Shown here: positions 1 through 13,435 of the stretch, in pieces | Layout of the letters: each line of letters starts with the position of its first letter | Numbering within the stretch: the first letter of the stretch is position 1 | Assembly (NCBI RefSeq): GCF_009914755.1 | Contig: NC_060935.1 | Direction: 5' to 3' (one strand) | DNA: 64,000 nucleotides | Origin: the human T2T-CHM13v2.0 reference genome, Homo sapiens | Notes under the pieces: generated by a model | The model's database searches: none | Seen by the model: the letters and a program-made list of their open reading frames with translations, nothing else | What the model was told of the DNA's origin: nothing | Made by a program: the position numbers and the translations under genes

Positions 1-201
1 TTTGCCTTCCGTGATATTCCCAAGTAGGTCAACTGCCCATGATACTCTCTAGTAGCACCAAACACACCTTTCTTTGCTAATAAGTTGCAATTATACATTC
101 ATTTGTGTGACTAATTGAGTGGCACCCAACTAGATTCTAAGTTCCCTGAAGGCAGGGGCCAGGACTATTGGTGCTCACCATTGAGTCCTGGTTGTCTAAC
201 A

Positions 202-423
202 CAAAGACAGCAAACTTGTTCTTTGAAGGGCTAAATAGTAAATATTTCGGGCTTTGTGGGCCATATTGTCTCTGTTGCTACTATTCAACTAAGCTATTTT
301 AGCACAGAACAGCCACAGACAATACATAAATGAATGAGTATGGCTATGTTCCAAGAAAACTTAATTTATGAAAACAGGTGGTGGGCTGGATTTGGCTCAT
401 GAGCTAGAGTTTGCCAAACCCTG
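202..423. mobile_element. MER58A-like hAT DNA transposon, inside an L2 3' fragment
   Basis: cagcaaact...gtaaatatttcgggctttgtgggcca...gctggatttggc...agtttgccaaaccctg. Confidence 0.75.
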
Positions 424-1306
424 GTGTAGCGTAATTCCAGCACTTAGTTTGTGATCAAAAAAATGTTGTTGAACAGTGAGCACTTGGCAAATATGGATTG
501 AGCAGTGGCAGTAAAATGTGCGAACTGTGCAATCCTGTTCTTATTATGGCACAGCAGCCTAGATCTACACGTACAGACAGTTTTCAACTAATCTTTTTAT
601 TGTCTCGGTGGTAGTGGTTGTTATTTACAATACTTAGTTTTTTAAGATTATAAAAATAACATGCTTATGGTGAAAATTTTTTTTTAGCATTTCAGAACTG
701 TATAAAGAAAAGCTCCCACTTCTGAAAGATACTCAGTCTTTACAATTTGTGTGTATTTATGTAACATTCTAGAAATTTCCATAACACCTAGAGACACACG
801 GACTATTTCATAACTTTTATTTTAGTTCCCAAGGTTCAGCATTTCTTTGAACTCTATGAGGCCACATCTAATAAGCCCCTCAAACAACCACCATACCAAT
901 GGAGAAGAGTGTAGGGACCCCTTTAGTAGGTGAGTTTGCACATAAATGTGAACAATTTATTTTATTAAGCATTTTAACTTAGAAATAGAAGACCTCAGGA
1001 CTTCAAATATAAAGTCTACCTCATATTTTCCTTTTTAATTTTTCTTTAATTTTTTTTCTTCCACAGACATTTTCAGTTGTCCAGCTACATTGCATATTTC
1101 TTTCAAGAATATATAACTCACAGGTGGCTTGAAAAAATCTGACCTTCCTTCTCCTTCCCTGTTCCTGCACAGAAGGGCATTATCCTTTTCCTCTTAAAGG
1201 AGAGGAGGCAGAGGCCCAGGGAGTCACTGGTCTGCCCGAAGTCACAAGGCCAGTAAGCAGCAGAGCTGACAGATCTCCACATTTCTAATCTGGTGTTCTG
1301 TTACTA

Positions 1307-1845
<539 letters not shown>

Positions 1846-2207
1846 TTAGGTTGGATACAAAAATGAGAGTTATTATGTTACGGAAAAGAGTTAAGGGCTG
1901 TTAAGTCCCCTTCTCTAATGCTCTTTAAGATCTTTAAAATGAAGGGTGAATTTTGCCAGTTGGCTTTGGAGAAAGGCTATTTATTATGGTTATAATCTTG
2001 TATAGAGACAGGCTGTGGACTTTCCCAGTTTTCAGATGAGAGCGACTCATAATTGAGTTGACAGTGATGTCTCTCAGACTCCAATTCCATGCCCAGGTAG
2101 CTTATTGGCCAGGCTTGTTACTGCTGTTGCTTTCACTGCTGTCAATATTGGGTACCATTCTATTTTTCAATTTCTCCCACAGTTAAAGAGGAAGCTAAGG
2201 AACTAGG

Positions 2208-2211
<4 letters not shown>

Positions 2212-2251
<40 letters not shown>
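2212..2251. repeat. (GT)n microsatellite
   Basis: Directly visible. Confidence 0.97.
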
Positions 2252-2253
<2 letters not shown>

Positions 2254-3280
2254 CCTCTCAGTGAGTCTAACCATTCATTTCTACAATAAATGTGGTCACA
2301 ACCAATCAAAGACAAGAGTTTATCATGACTTTGTTCCCTTCTCTACCAGTGAATTGGGGTTTAAGAAGTAGGCATGGAATTACAAGGAGCTTCAGTAACG
2401 GAAACAAACTCACCTTGTTTATTTGTTTGCTTGGTTATCTTTTTATTTATTTATTCATTCCTGGTCAGCAGCTCTAGACTCATAGTGTTGCAAAGGATTA
2501 GTCCTCAGACATCCAGCTGCTACTGATTTCATCAGTGTTGTCATTTTCATCAGCATGAAAACCATTTATTGAGATCTTAGGACTAAATCAAGAAATAGGA
2601 ATCCAAGATGTCGTCCTGGAACAAGACACAGTCCCTGCCCTTGGGTGTCTTATTACTTAATCGGAAAGGCAGATCATGACCAAGAACTGGTTTACTTAAC
2701 TCTCTCTCACTAGATTGTTAGCCGCTAAGGGGCAAGGATTAAACATGCAGAGTGGTTAAGAAAATGGGTTTTGTAGTGGGAGTCCCACCTCTGCCATTTA
2801 TCAGCTGTGTGACCTTGGAAATGCTACCAAATCTCTTAGAGCTCAGTTCCCCATCTGTGGCATGGGACTAATAAATTGTCCCTCTCCTACAGAGGAGTTA
2901 AGATTCAGGGAGACAATGTGTGCAAAAAGCAGTTTGCATTGTGCCTAAACACTCGGCGCATATATGTTAAGCATGTTGAATGAATAAGTAGCCTTTGCTT
3001 CCCAGACCGTGTCTGCCTTGTGGACAGCTAGGATGAGTGTAATGCTCCTGTGTCTGTGGGGTGTTATTGCTGCAGTGCCCTTCGTTTCACACCTGCTCTG
3101 TCACCACCTTGCTCGTGACTGCCCACAGCTTTTAGTCTGGATTCAGTGGCTCTGTGCTATCCTCTGTTATTGTTACCCCTCTTCTCTTTAGAATAATTTG
3201 GTAGAAATTTCTTCTCTTTGTCCCCTGGGTTGCCCCCTCTGATCTGCTCCCAGACTTACGGGATCAAGACAACTTGTCCC

Positions 3281-3584
3281 AGGTGGGTGCAGTGCCTCAC
3301 ACATGTAATCCCAGGACTTTGAAAGACCAAGGCTGGTGGATTGCTTGAATCCAGGAGTTTCAGACCAGCCTGGATGTGGGGAAACCCCGTCTCTACTAAA
3401 AATAGAAAACATTAGCTGGGCATGGTGGCACATGCCTGTAATCCCAGCTCCTCGGGAGGCTGAGTGGGAGGATCACCTGATCCTGGGAGGTCGAGGCTGC
3501 AGTGAGCTGAGGTCGCATCACTGCACTCCAGCCTGGGCAACTGGAGTGAGACCCTGTCTTAAAAAAAAAAAAAAAAAAGAAAGA
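3281..3584 (+). mobile_element. AluJ
   Basis: gggaggatcac...gaggctgcagtgag; degenerate TSD aagacaacttgtc / aggacaacttatc. Confidence 0.9.
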
Positions 3585-4317
3585 AGGACAACTTATCTCA
3601 TCATCTTCATTTGTTCCCCAGTTTTAATCCTGGAGTTTAGAAGGTTCCATTGCTTGCAAGATTCATATCCCTATTCCCTCAAAGGCCTTACTGGGTTCTC
3701 ATAAGGATGGTATTTCTGATATTTCAAATTCATTGATGCATGAATCATAAAACTTATCCAAGCTTACTCAAGGGAAGGGCAGGGCTGTTGAAAGATATCA
3801 CAGGTAGATTCACAGGCACGGGAAAAGAGATACACACTGAGCTCAAAGGAACCAGACTTGGGAACCTTCTAGAAACCAAAGGGTCCCACAGAGTCTTCAG
3901 GGTCTTTTTCCTACCCTGTCTGTATCTTCTCTCTTTTAAACAGTTTGGCTTTCCCATGGCTCAGCCTGGCTGCCAACCCCAAAGTGCATCTAGGAGCCTT
4001 CACACCCTTCACTGGCTGTTGTCAGTCACTACGTTTCTTACACTGAAAACCCAAGAGAGCCATATGGTTGGTTGCTGGCCAGATTGGGTGGCCCTTGGTT
4101 GTGACTGGCATGGAGGTGGGTGGGAGAGGGTCATGTGTAAGAAATGCTACTCTATCAGAGACAGTGTTAGAAATACTTGGTTGTGGATATATCTCCCAGG
4201 ACCGGGTGAGTTGAGCCTTGGAAAAGATTTCACTGGGGCCGTATCAGTCAGGGGCCTGGCTGGAAACAGATGGCACTCTCAAAATAGTCTAACCAACAGG
4301 GTTTAATGAGGAAACTA

Positions 4318-4965
4318 CAGTTGTTTCTTGGTATCCATGAGGGATTGGTTCCAGGACTCCCTGTGGATACCAAAATCCTTCATGCTCAAGTCCCTTATGT
4401 AAAATGGCATAGTATTTGCCATAACTTAGGCACATCTACTTGTATACTTGAAATCATCTGTAGATTACTTATAATACCTGGTACAATGTAAATGCTGTGT
4501 ATATAGTTGTAATACTGTCTTGTTTTATTTTTTTGAATTATTCTATTTTTTTTAAGTTCCGGGGTGCATGTGCAGGATGTGTGTTTGTTACATAGGTAAA
4601 TGTGTGCCATGTGGTTTGCGGTGCCTAACAGCCCATCACCTAGGTATTAAGTCTCACATGCATTAGCTTGTTTCCTTAATGTTCTCCCCTCAGCCCACCC
4701 TTCCCCAGTGAGTATTTTTCCCCTCCCTGTGTCCATGTGTTCTCATTGTTCAGCTCCTACTTATAAGTGAGAACATGCGGTGTTTGGTTTTCTGTTCCTG
4801 CGTTAGTTTGCTGAAGATAATGGCTCCTAGCTTCATCCATGTCCCTGCAAAGGACAAGATCTCATTCCTTTTTAATTTGCATTATTTTTATTGTTGTATT
4901 ATTAAATTTTTTCCCTGAATATTTTTGATCCACAGTTGTGGAATCCATGGATGCAGAAGGCACAA
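4318..4965 (+). mobile_element. MER2 (TcMar-Tigger) interrupted by L1PA
   Basis: TA|cagttgtttcttggtatccatgagggattggttccaggac...; resumes at ttttgatccacagttgtggaatccatggatgcagaa. Confidence 0.8.
4547..4872 (-). mobile_element. L1PA 3' end (older L1PA, ~PA7-10)
   Basis: aagttccggggtgcatgtgcagg...gtgagaacatgcggtgtttggttttctg...catgtccctgcaaaggac. Confidence 0.85.
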
Positions 4966-5904
4966 GAATTAAGAGAGCCAACCAGTTATGGGGATGCACC
5001 TAGGGACTAGCAACAGCAGGAAGCTGTGACCATCCTAGGCCTGTGGGGTAAGGGTAGGAGCCTGGTGAGAGCCGTGTCTGTACAAAAATTCAGCCAGAGC
5101 CAGAGCCACAGCAGCCAGGCAGGGAAGCAAGGGAATGAATGTATGATCTGGTCCCTCTCTCTTCCCGCCTTCCCATTGATGGCTCCAGTCAGAAGCCAGA
5201 GGGCAACGGGGCTCAGCTGATGTGATTCCTACAAGTCAGCCTCCCATAAAAGTCAGCCTCCCATCTAAATCAATCAGCCTCCCCAGATGCAGAGTAGGGC
5301 AGAGAAGAGGGGAGATGGATCTGGAAGACAAAGGATGGACACCCAGCACAGGAGCTGTGAGGTCAGAGCTGAGGCTTGGCACCCAGATAGGATTTAGGTA
5401 GCATAGAGGAATGGTGAAAGCATCCCCAGCTGGTAGTGACAGGGGCAGTTGTAGAGAGAAGTGGGGCGCATTTACATTACAGCCATGTAACTGACATGGA
5501 TGAGTGGGGGGATTGACCTATTCTGGTTGAATATAAAGGAAGGTTTGAGAGAAGAGGTTGGAGAAATTTGGCGGGGAGGCCTATGAATATGCCAGTTTGT
5601 CATTTAATCAGGAAGTAATAGGATGTTATTGAAGGTGTTAGAGTAGTGAAATGTTCAAAGGAATATGCATAGCAAAAGTAGACTTCTCACTCCACCTAGG
5701 ACTGAGGAAGGAAGTCCTTGCTTACACATGTTACATGATCAGAATATTAGCTGATCTAATAGGTGGAGGATCCAAAGGACCCACAGTATTTTGTTCTCTA
5801 CCTTGGCATTATGACAGCTCTTGCGATTTGTGGATAATTCCTCTCTCAATATCACGGGAATAAATTAAGCTTAGCCAGGGCACTCCCCAAAATGATTTAA
5901 ACAT

Positions 5905-6112
5905 TTGTTTTTCAGCGTGAGGTTCATAGACACCCCCCCCTTTCCCCCGTCAGCATCACCTGGGATGGTGGTGAAAATGCATATGGAGGTCCCACCCCAG
6001 ACATACTGAATAGAATGTATCTCTGTGGTGAAGAACAGGAGTCTGCATTTTTGACAGCCACTGCAGGAAATTAGTGATGTCTCCTTAATTCAGTTGAATT
6101 TGAGAACTATTG
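5905..6112. mobile_element. MER5A-like hAT-Charlie element
   Basis: cagcatcacctggga...aaatgca...cccaccccagacatactgaatag...tttgagaactattg. Confidence 0.7.
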
Positions 6113-6152
6113 ATTTAAGGAGACATCACTAATTTCCTGCAGTGGCTGTCAA
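6051..6152. repeat. Perfect 38-bp inverted repeat with 26-nt spacer
   Basis: ttgacagccactgcaggaaattagtgatgtctccttaa (6051-6088) is the exact reverse complement of 6115-6152. Confidence 0.97.
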
Positions 6153-6209
6153 GGTAGGGGCTTAATTCCTTCAGAGAGTGATCAATGAGAACCTGATGGA
6201 GATCTAGCC

Positions 6210-6541
6210 CCATGGTTCCTATTACAATCGTATTAGAATCACCTGGGGAAATTTAAAAACACCCTGATGCTGGGGTTGGGTGGAGGGGAACTTTTTTTTT
6301 ACTGGTTTAAGAAGTCTGGGTTGTAGTCCCAGCTACTCGGGAGGCTGAGGCAGGAGAATGGCGTGAACCTAGGAGGCGGAGCTTGCAGTGAGCAGAGATC
6401 GGGACACTACCCTCCAGCCTGGGCGAGAGAGCGAGACTCAGTCTCAAAAAGAAAAAAAAAAAAAAAGGTCTGGGTGAGGCCTGAGGATATTTTTAAAGCT
6501 CCCAGGTGATTCTGATGTGCAGCCAGGCCTAAGAACCTTTG
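6210..6541. mobile_element. MER5B-like element interrupted by truncated AluY
   Basis: ttagaatcacctgggga...aagctcccaggtgattctgatgtgcagccagg. Confidence 0.7.
6322..6466 (+). mobile_element. 5'-truncated AluY (right monomer only)
   Basis: ggagaatggcgtgaacc, gagcttgcagtgag; gtctgggt on both sides. Confidence 0.9.
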
Positions 6542-6731
6542 ATCTTGTCTGAACTCAGAAGGTGGAAAAAATTAGAAATGGAGCCTTCTCAATGTAAGGG
6601 ACTCCTCTGAATTCTGTACCACACAGTCAATGCTAAGAATAATTGCTCTGGAAAGGATAGCAGAGTGGAAAACAGGCTTCTGTGAGTAACGTGGAAGGAA
6701 ACCAAAGAAGACCAGGGCTGATGTAACCTGA

Positions 6732-7078
<347 letters not shown>

Positions 7079-7604
7079 GGAGTCCGCACATTTTCTTAGG
7101 CTCCCTGGAGGAGCTTGAAACTCCTCGCTGTGTGTGATGAGCAGCCAGAGGTGTCCCCGGGAGAGTCTGTTTGCCCCCAGGCCACCCATTGGCCTTCACA
7201 CAGGGCTTTCTTGCCTGCATTTATTGCCAGTTTGGAGTTGGTGAATTTAAAGAATTCCTCCTTTTATTTTTATTTTTTCAACTAATCAAGAAAAAGGGAA
7301 GTCTGAAATGCAAGTAGAACACCCACCCTTTCGAACGTTTTATCTTCCGTTCCACCGTCTTCTGACTCGGGAGAGAGCTCTTTAGCCATTTGTCTTTGTT
7401 TTCCCACAGTTTGCCAACACCTACGGGTGTGCACAGCACAGGCCAGAGCTGGAAATGCGTCCTTCTTCCCACAGCCAGGAAGGTGTGTGAGTGGTGCTGG
7501 GAGCCCAGAGGAAGGGTGATTCACTGGAGGAAGGCGGAGAGGACAAGGACATGCTCTGCTAAAAGGCCTTTCAGGAAATGAAAAGCTCTGCATTTCTCTT
7601 TTCT

Positions 7605-7606
<2 letters not shown>

Positions 7607-7637
<31 letters not shown>
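7607..7637. repeat. (AC)n microsatellite
   Basis: Directly visible. Confidence 0.95.
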
Positions 7638-7642
<5 letters not shown>

Positions 7643-9685
7643 CCAAAAAAAGAAAAAAGAAAAATGAGCATTCCCCTAATTCTTCTAAAGCGGTTTCTAT
7701 TCCCAAGAGGATAAAGAGTATTTTAGATGCCAAGCACGGAAGATTTTTTTTTCCTGAAATGGGTGGGTTGGCACTTTCTTTCCTGAGAGCTGAAAAGGCC
7801 TCATGCTTTATTCCTCCTCAAATGTCCTTAATCTGCTGTGGCCCCACCATCCTCCCCCTCCATTGTTGAAAGGCAGCAGCTCCTTCCCTCGCTGGGTATT
7901 TCCCATGGTAAGTAGGTTCTCCTAGGACTCACCCGAGCCTCAGATTGAGTTCATCCTACTGTGTGTGACTGTGCAGAGGACCTTTAGGCCCCTGTAGGCA
8001 GCTCTGATAAGATTATCTGATGTTCTCATTATCAGCTGCACCCACGATCTTTTCTAAGGAGGGGCTCTTTGACCCACCTGATGATGGCAGCAGGGGTGTT
8101 GGCATTCCTTTTACATCCCAGTGTGTGTGGGTGTGTGCCTATATTGTAGTTCACACAGCAGAAATAAAATGGGAACACCCACTGTTCAGCTCATTCTATT
8201 ATTTTAACTCTTGTTGAAAAATAAAACAAACCCCTAAGGAAATAGCGTCTTTGTCCCCACGGAGTTGGATAGCTCCCTAGGTCATCTCCTGACCACAGGA
8301 TCTTGTCGGAATCATCCCCTACATGTGCTTATCTAGCCTCAGCTTAAAATTCTCCAGGGGAAGGAAACTCCACCCTCCATGAGTCAGAGTCATTGAGAGT
8401 TTAATAACCACTTTGATGGTCTGTTGTCAGGACCACCTTTTCCTTGCAGCAGATCAAGGAGCAGAATTAGAGGAGAGCCAGTTCTCTCTGGAGACTCATC
8501 TGCAAATTGGAGGAAATCTTATGTGCATCAGAAGATTGTTGTGGAGCTCAAATGAGATCATTCTTTCAACAAATGCCAGTCACTCCCTGGTGTGCAGGAC
8601 CATCATGCTAGGTCTGGGAACACAGAGATAATTGGGCACTGGCCCTGGCCCTTCAATTCAGTGGTTCAGACTGATGGATAAACATACCGTCTCAGTGCAG
8701 TGGCAGACTCCTCTGCTTTGTCTTTGGAGGTCAGCCTGCCAAACTCGGCTGCCCACTTGTGTCCCACACTCTGAGGCGCTGTCTCCACTCACACCAGTTG
8801 CCCATCAGCAGCAGGGCCACACCTGGCCTGCTACCTGCTGCCATGCTGCTCCTTCGAGAATCCACCCTTCTCCTCCCCATCACCACTGAGCCTGTCTTGC
8901 TCTTTACCTGCACCTGCACTGCTCAGTCTCTTCACATCAGCGGTGCCATTAGCACCTGCAACCTTGGGCCCATGCCCACCTGGATTTGGAGGTCAGGTAC
9001 TTCAATCTGTTTGCAGGGACAAGGCTGCCAGGGTTCATATCCACCACACCTAGGCCAGTTCTTTTTCTGTTCTTGTCTCTGGACTGCAGATCATTGCTGG
9101 GGGTGTAAGTACAAAAACTCAAACCTTGGCCTCAGCAGAGCTGCCCTGCCCCACTTGTCCTGGCTGACATCCATGGGGCCTTTCTTTTCAGTGGTCTTTT
9201 TCCCTCTTCTGTAAATTCCCTGGCATGGTGGCCTTCGGAGGCTAAAGACATTCCGAATTTTCCCTATGCTCTTGGCCCCTGGCCACCATGGCAGAGAAGC
9301 AGATCACCACTTCCCTGAGTAATTGCCAACACCAGCCCTCATCTGCCCTCCTTTCATCCTCCCCTGCATTCTCAGAAGAGGTTCTCAGAAGACGCTGACT
9401 CTTCTCCATGGGATCCCAATATCATCCCCTTGCTCTGCCCATCTTCTTCTTCAATTGATCCCATCATGGTCACCAGTGTACTGATTAGCAGATACCTACC
9501 AAGAACCTACCATATACAGAGTCTCTATTATGACTTAGGCAGACAAGGAGTACAAGAGATGATCCCAACTTTTGAGGAGCCTACAGTCTGTAAAAAATAC
9601 CAGAGGCAAATGCACAGGATCCCCCTCCCTGGTACACTGGGTTCCCTTCTCTCTGACAACTCTTTTTTGCTGACTTTCAAGTCCG

Positions 9686-9689
9686 TGTA

Positions 9690-9723
<34 letters not shown>
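9686..9723. repeat. (TG)n microsatellite
   Basis: Directly visible. Confidence 0.95.
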
Positions 9724-9725
<2 letters not shown>

Positions 9726-10406
9726 TTTTAAAGCCAATGACCAACATTAGTAACACATTACAAGCCTCTCTCCCCTTTTCCATTCTTCCCAGTCAGTCAT
9801 TCTAGCCCTCTGCAGAGACTCCTTATCCTCCTGTACATTCTAAGACATTCTGTCACTTCCTTTCTGCTCTCAGGGCTACTCTCACTCCATTGTCCCATGG
9901 TGTAGTCCCCTGACTGGTCTCAGCTGGGACACCTGATCTCTTTCTTAGTCTTCTGGCCCTGTGGGATCCTCTGTCACATCAAAACACTTGCACAAGGTTG
10001 ATGCTGGGAAGGGAGTTAAAGGAACTCCCTTGTCCCTGTCATGTCTCTGAGCTATTTCAGAGAAACGGCTTGTGAAGATGACATGATTCTAGCCCTAGAG
10101 AAGTTGAGAAAAGAGTGCTTGGGCCAAAGAAGGACAGAAAAGGAGTGGAGGAGGCCAGCGAGCAGTGTTGGTACTGGCAGGCTCCAAATCTTCATGCTTA
10201 TGTCCCTGAAGGCCACTTCCCACAAACAGCTCCTCCTCCCTCCTCAGTGACAAACTCCCTATGGCAAATCTGCACTGGTGACTCTGGCCCCTGACATTTG
10301 CATAGATTTTGCAGCCCAGAAGTCCTCAGGGATGGGAGTCCGTTCAGTGCCTTCCTGCTCCTCCAACCCATTGCCTTCTGAGCATTCCCCTTGGGATGCT
10401 CTAGAG

Positions 10407-10913
10407 TAGAAGTCCCCAACCTTTTAGGCACCAGGGACAGGTTTCATGGAAGAGAATTTTTCCATGGACCGGGGAGCAGGGGGATGGTTTCGGGATGATT
10501 CAAGAGCATTACTTTTATTGTGCACTTGATTTCTATCATTGTTACTTTGTAATCTATAATGAAATAATTATACAACTCACCATAATGTAGAATCAGTGGA
10601 ATCTCTGAGCTTATTTTCCTGCAACTAGATGGTCCCATCTGGGGGTGATGGGAGACAGTGACAGATCATCAGGCATTAGATTCTCATAACGAGCACACAA
10701 CCTAGATCCCTCACATGTGCAGTTCACAATAAGGTTTGCACTCCTATGAGAATCTAATGCCACAGCTGATCTCATAGGAGGCAGAGCTTAGACGGTGATG
10801 CAAGTGTTAGGGAATGGCTGTAAATATAGATGAAACTTCGCTTGCTCACCCACTGTTCACCTCCTGCTGTGTGGACCAGTACTGGTCCATGGCCCTGGGG
10901 TTGGAGACCCCTG
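10407..10913. mobile_element. MER1A hAT-Charlie element, complete
   Basis: TIRs tagaagtccccaacc / ggttggagacccctg; 8-bp TSD ctctagag (10399-10406) / ctttagag (10914-10921). Confidence 0.9.
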
Positions 10914-13224
10914 CTTTAGAGCTTCAGGTAACCTGCCCTAAGATGCTATGTCATGCAGAGACTCAAGTAGCCCCAGCCTCCCAGTGTTCCCTTTACCTTG
11001 CATGGAAGACGATGTTTGTTTATCCTTGTAACCTGCTTATCTCTCAAGGCCGAGGTCCTCTTTCTCTCCTGCCTCTACCTAAAGACTTCTTAAACAAGAG
11101 GCCTCTTGCTGCAGTCTCCTGTTGCTCATACCCAGTCACTTCCACCAGCTGTCTTCTTTCCTGAGCCCTCTGTCGCTACTGGTCTCTAATCACCAAAGGC
11201 CTAGGCCTTAACTTCATCTTTCTCTTTCCTCTCTGCAGCAGGTGGCACACACTGTTGATCATCCCCTAGCCAAAGCTTTCTCCTCCCTTGACTTTTGGCA
11301 TGACCCTAGACAACTGATTCTCCTTATAGCACCATTTTTGTCTCTCATTTGTTCCTTTATCCTCCTGTTCTCTCACAGTGTCTGCTCTGTGGCTGTCAGC
11401 ATTCCCCTCCTCATTCAGATGCTTGGGATGCTACTGGCATGTACTTAGGAGCTTTGAAATCAGAGAAGCTGGGCTTAAGCCCTGGTTCTTCCACATGCTT
11501 GTTTGATGACTTTGTACCTGCCATTCATCTGAGTTTCAGTTTTCCCATGTCTGACATGGAGATGATAATGATACCTATCTTGTAGGGTTATGTGAAGGGT
11601 AAATGGGATGCAACAATGTTTTTGAAATTTTCGTCTGATCCCCTGCTGCCCTTTCCAAGTAACCTGTCACTTTTCCTTACCTAGTGTCCTATTTTCACAG
11701 GCTGCCTGTTTCTGCCTTAAAGGCTTTGTGTAGAAATCTTGCTAAAGCTTTACTGACCTATCTGTTTCACCAAATCTGTCAACATCTTGCATATCCTTCA
11801 AGTTCCACTTCAGGATTGTTTCCTCCAGTGTCTTCCCTGACTGCACTCATTGTGCCCTTCCTTCCTCTGAAATTCCGTTGCTTTTCTTTCTAACATTTAT
11901 TTAGCAGTTGATATAAACTGGATTATGCTGTTGCTTTTCTTTTGATTTTCTGTTTAAGTTTGTATGTATCTGCCTTGTTTCCGTAAATAGATGGTGACTT
12001 TATTGATGCGAAGGCCCATTTTGAGGCATATGAAACAGTGATTAGGAACATTAGCTATGGGGCTGGACTTCCTAAGTTGGCACGTGGTCCCGTCACATAC
12101 TAACCATGTGACCCTGGGCAAATTACTGAAGCTTTTTTTTTTTTAATTTAAATTTTTTTGTGGGTACATAGTAGGTGTATATATTTATTGGGTATATAAG
12201 ATATTTTGATACAGGCATGGAATGGTACATAGTAGGTATATATATTTATGGGTAACATGAGATATTTTGATACAGGCATGCAATGTCTAATAATCACATC
12301 ATGGAAAATGGGGTATCCTTACTCTAAAGCATTTATTCTTTATGTTACCAACAATCCAATTATATTATTATAGTTATTTTAAATTATACAGTTAAAGCGT
12401 TATTGACTATATTCACCCTATTGTGCTATCAAATACTGGGTCTTATTTATTATTCTTTCTTTCTATTTTTTTGTACCCATTAACCGTCTCCACCTCCCCA
12501 ACACTCCCCACTATCTTTCCCAGTCTCTGGTAATCATTCTTCTGCTCTCTAACTCCATGAGTTCAATTATTTTGATTTTTAGATCCCACAAATAAGTGAG
12601 AAAATGCAATGTTTGTATTTCTGTGGCTGGCTTATTTCACTTAATGTAATGACCACCAGTTCCATCTATGTTGTTGCAAATGACAGGAATTCATTCTTTT
12701 TTATGGCTGAATAGTACTTCATTGTGCATATGTATGTACCACATTTTCTTTATTCATCTGTTGAAGGACACTTAGGTTGTTTCAAAATCTTAGCTATTGT
12801 GAACAGTGCTGCAACAAACACGGAAGTGCAGGTATCTCTTCGATATACTGATTTTCTTTCTTTGGGGTATATACTCAGAAGTGGAATTGCTGCGTCATAT
12901 TGTCACTCTATTTTTAGTTTTTTTGTTCTATTTTAGTTTTTAGTTATGGAGAACCAAAGTGTTCTCCATAGTGGTTGTACTAATTTACTTTCCCACCAAC
13001 AGTGTAAGAGGGTTACTTTTTTTCTGCATCTTTACCAGCATTTGTTATTGCCTATCTTTTGGATATAAGCCATTTTAACCAGGGTGACATGATATCTCAT
13101 TGTAGTTGTGATTTGCATTTCTCTGATGGTTGATGATGTTGGGCACTTTTTCATATACCTGTTTGCTATTCGTATGTCTTCTTTTGAGAAATGTCTATTC
13201 AAATCTTTTGCTCATTTTTTATGT

Positions 13225-13435
13225 TTCATTGATTGATCAATTAACTGATTGATTGATTTTGAGACAGGCTCTCACTCTGATGCCCAGGCACAATCTTGGC
13301 TCACTGCAGCCTCTACCTCCTGGGCTCAAGTGATCTTCTCACCTCAGCTTCCTGAGTAGCTGGGACTACAAGTGCACACCACCATGCCTAGCTAATTTTT
13401 TGTAGAGACGGGGTTTCACTATGTCGCCCAGGCTG
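13225..13435 (-). mobile_element. 5'-truncated AluJ inside L1
   Basis: cactgcagcctc...ctgggctcaagtgatc; TSD ttgc(t/c)catttt. Confidence 0.85.

Larger units (their letters stand above)
4245..5340. mobile_element. MLT1-type (MaLR) LTR interrupted by MER2
   Basis: tcagtcagggg...ggaaacagatggcactctcaaa; resumes at gggactagcaacagcaggaagc...ggatctggaag. Confidence 0.5.

Noticed and set aside
3740-4306. 188-aa ATG-initiated ORF in the intron
   Set aside because: No recognisable domain and runs into LTR sequence; compatible with chance in 64 kb
8690-9300. GC-richer unique stretch with Kozak-like gccaccATG on both strands
   Set aside because: The - strand ORF stops after 12 codons, and no parent gene could be recognised in any frame
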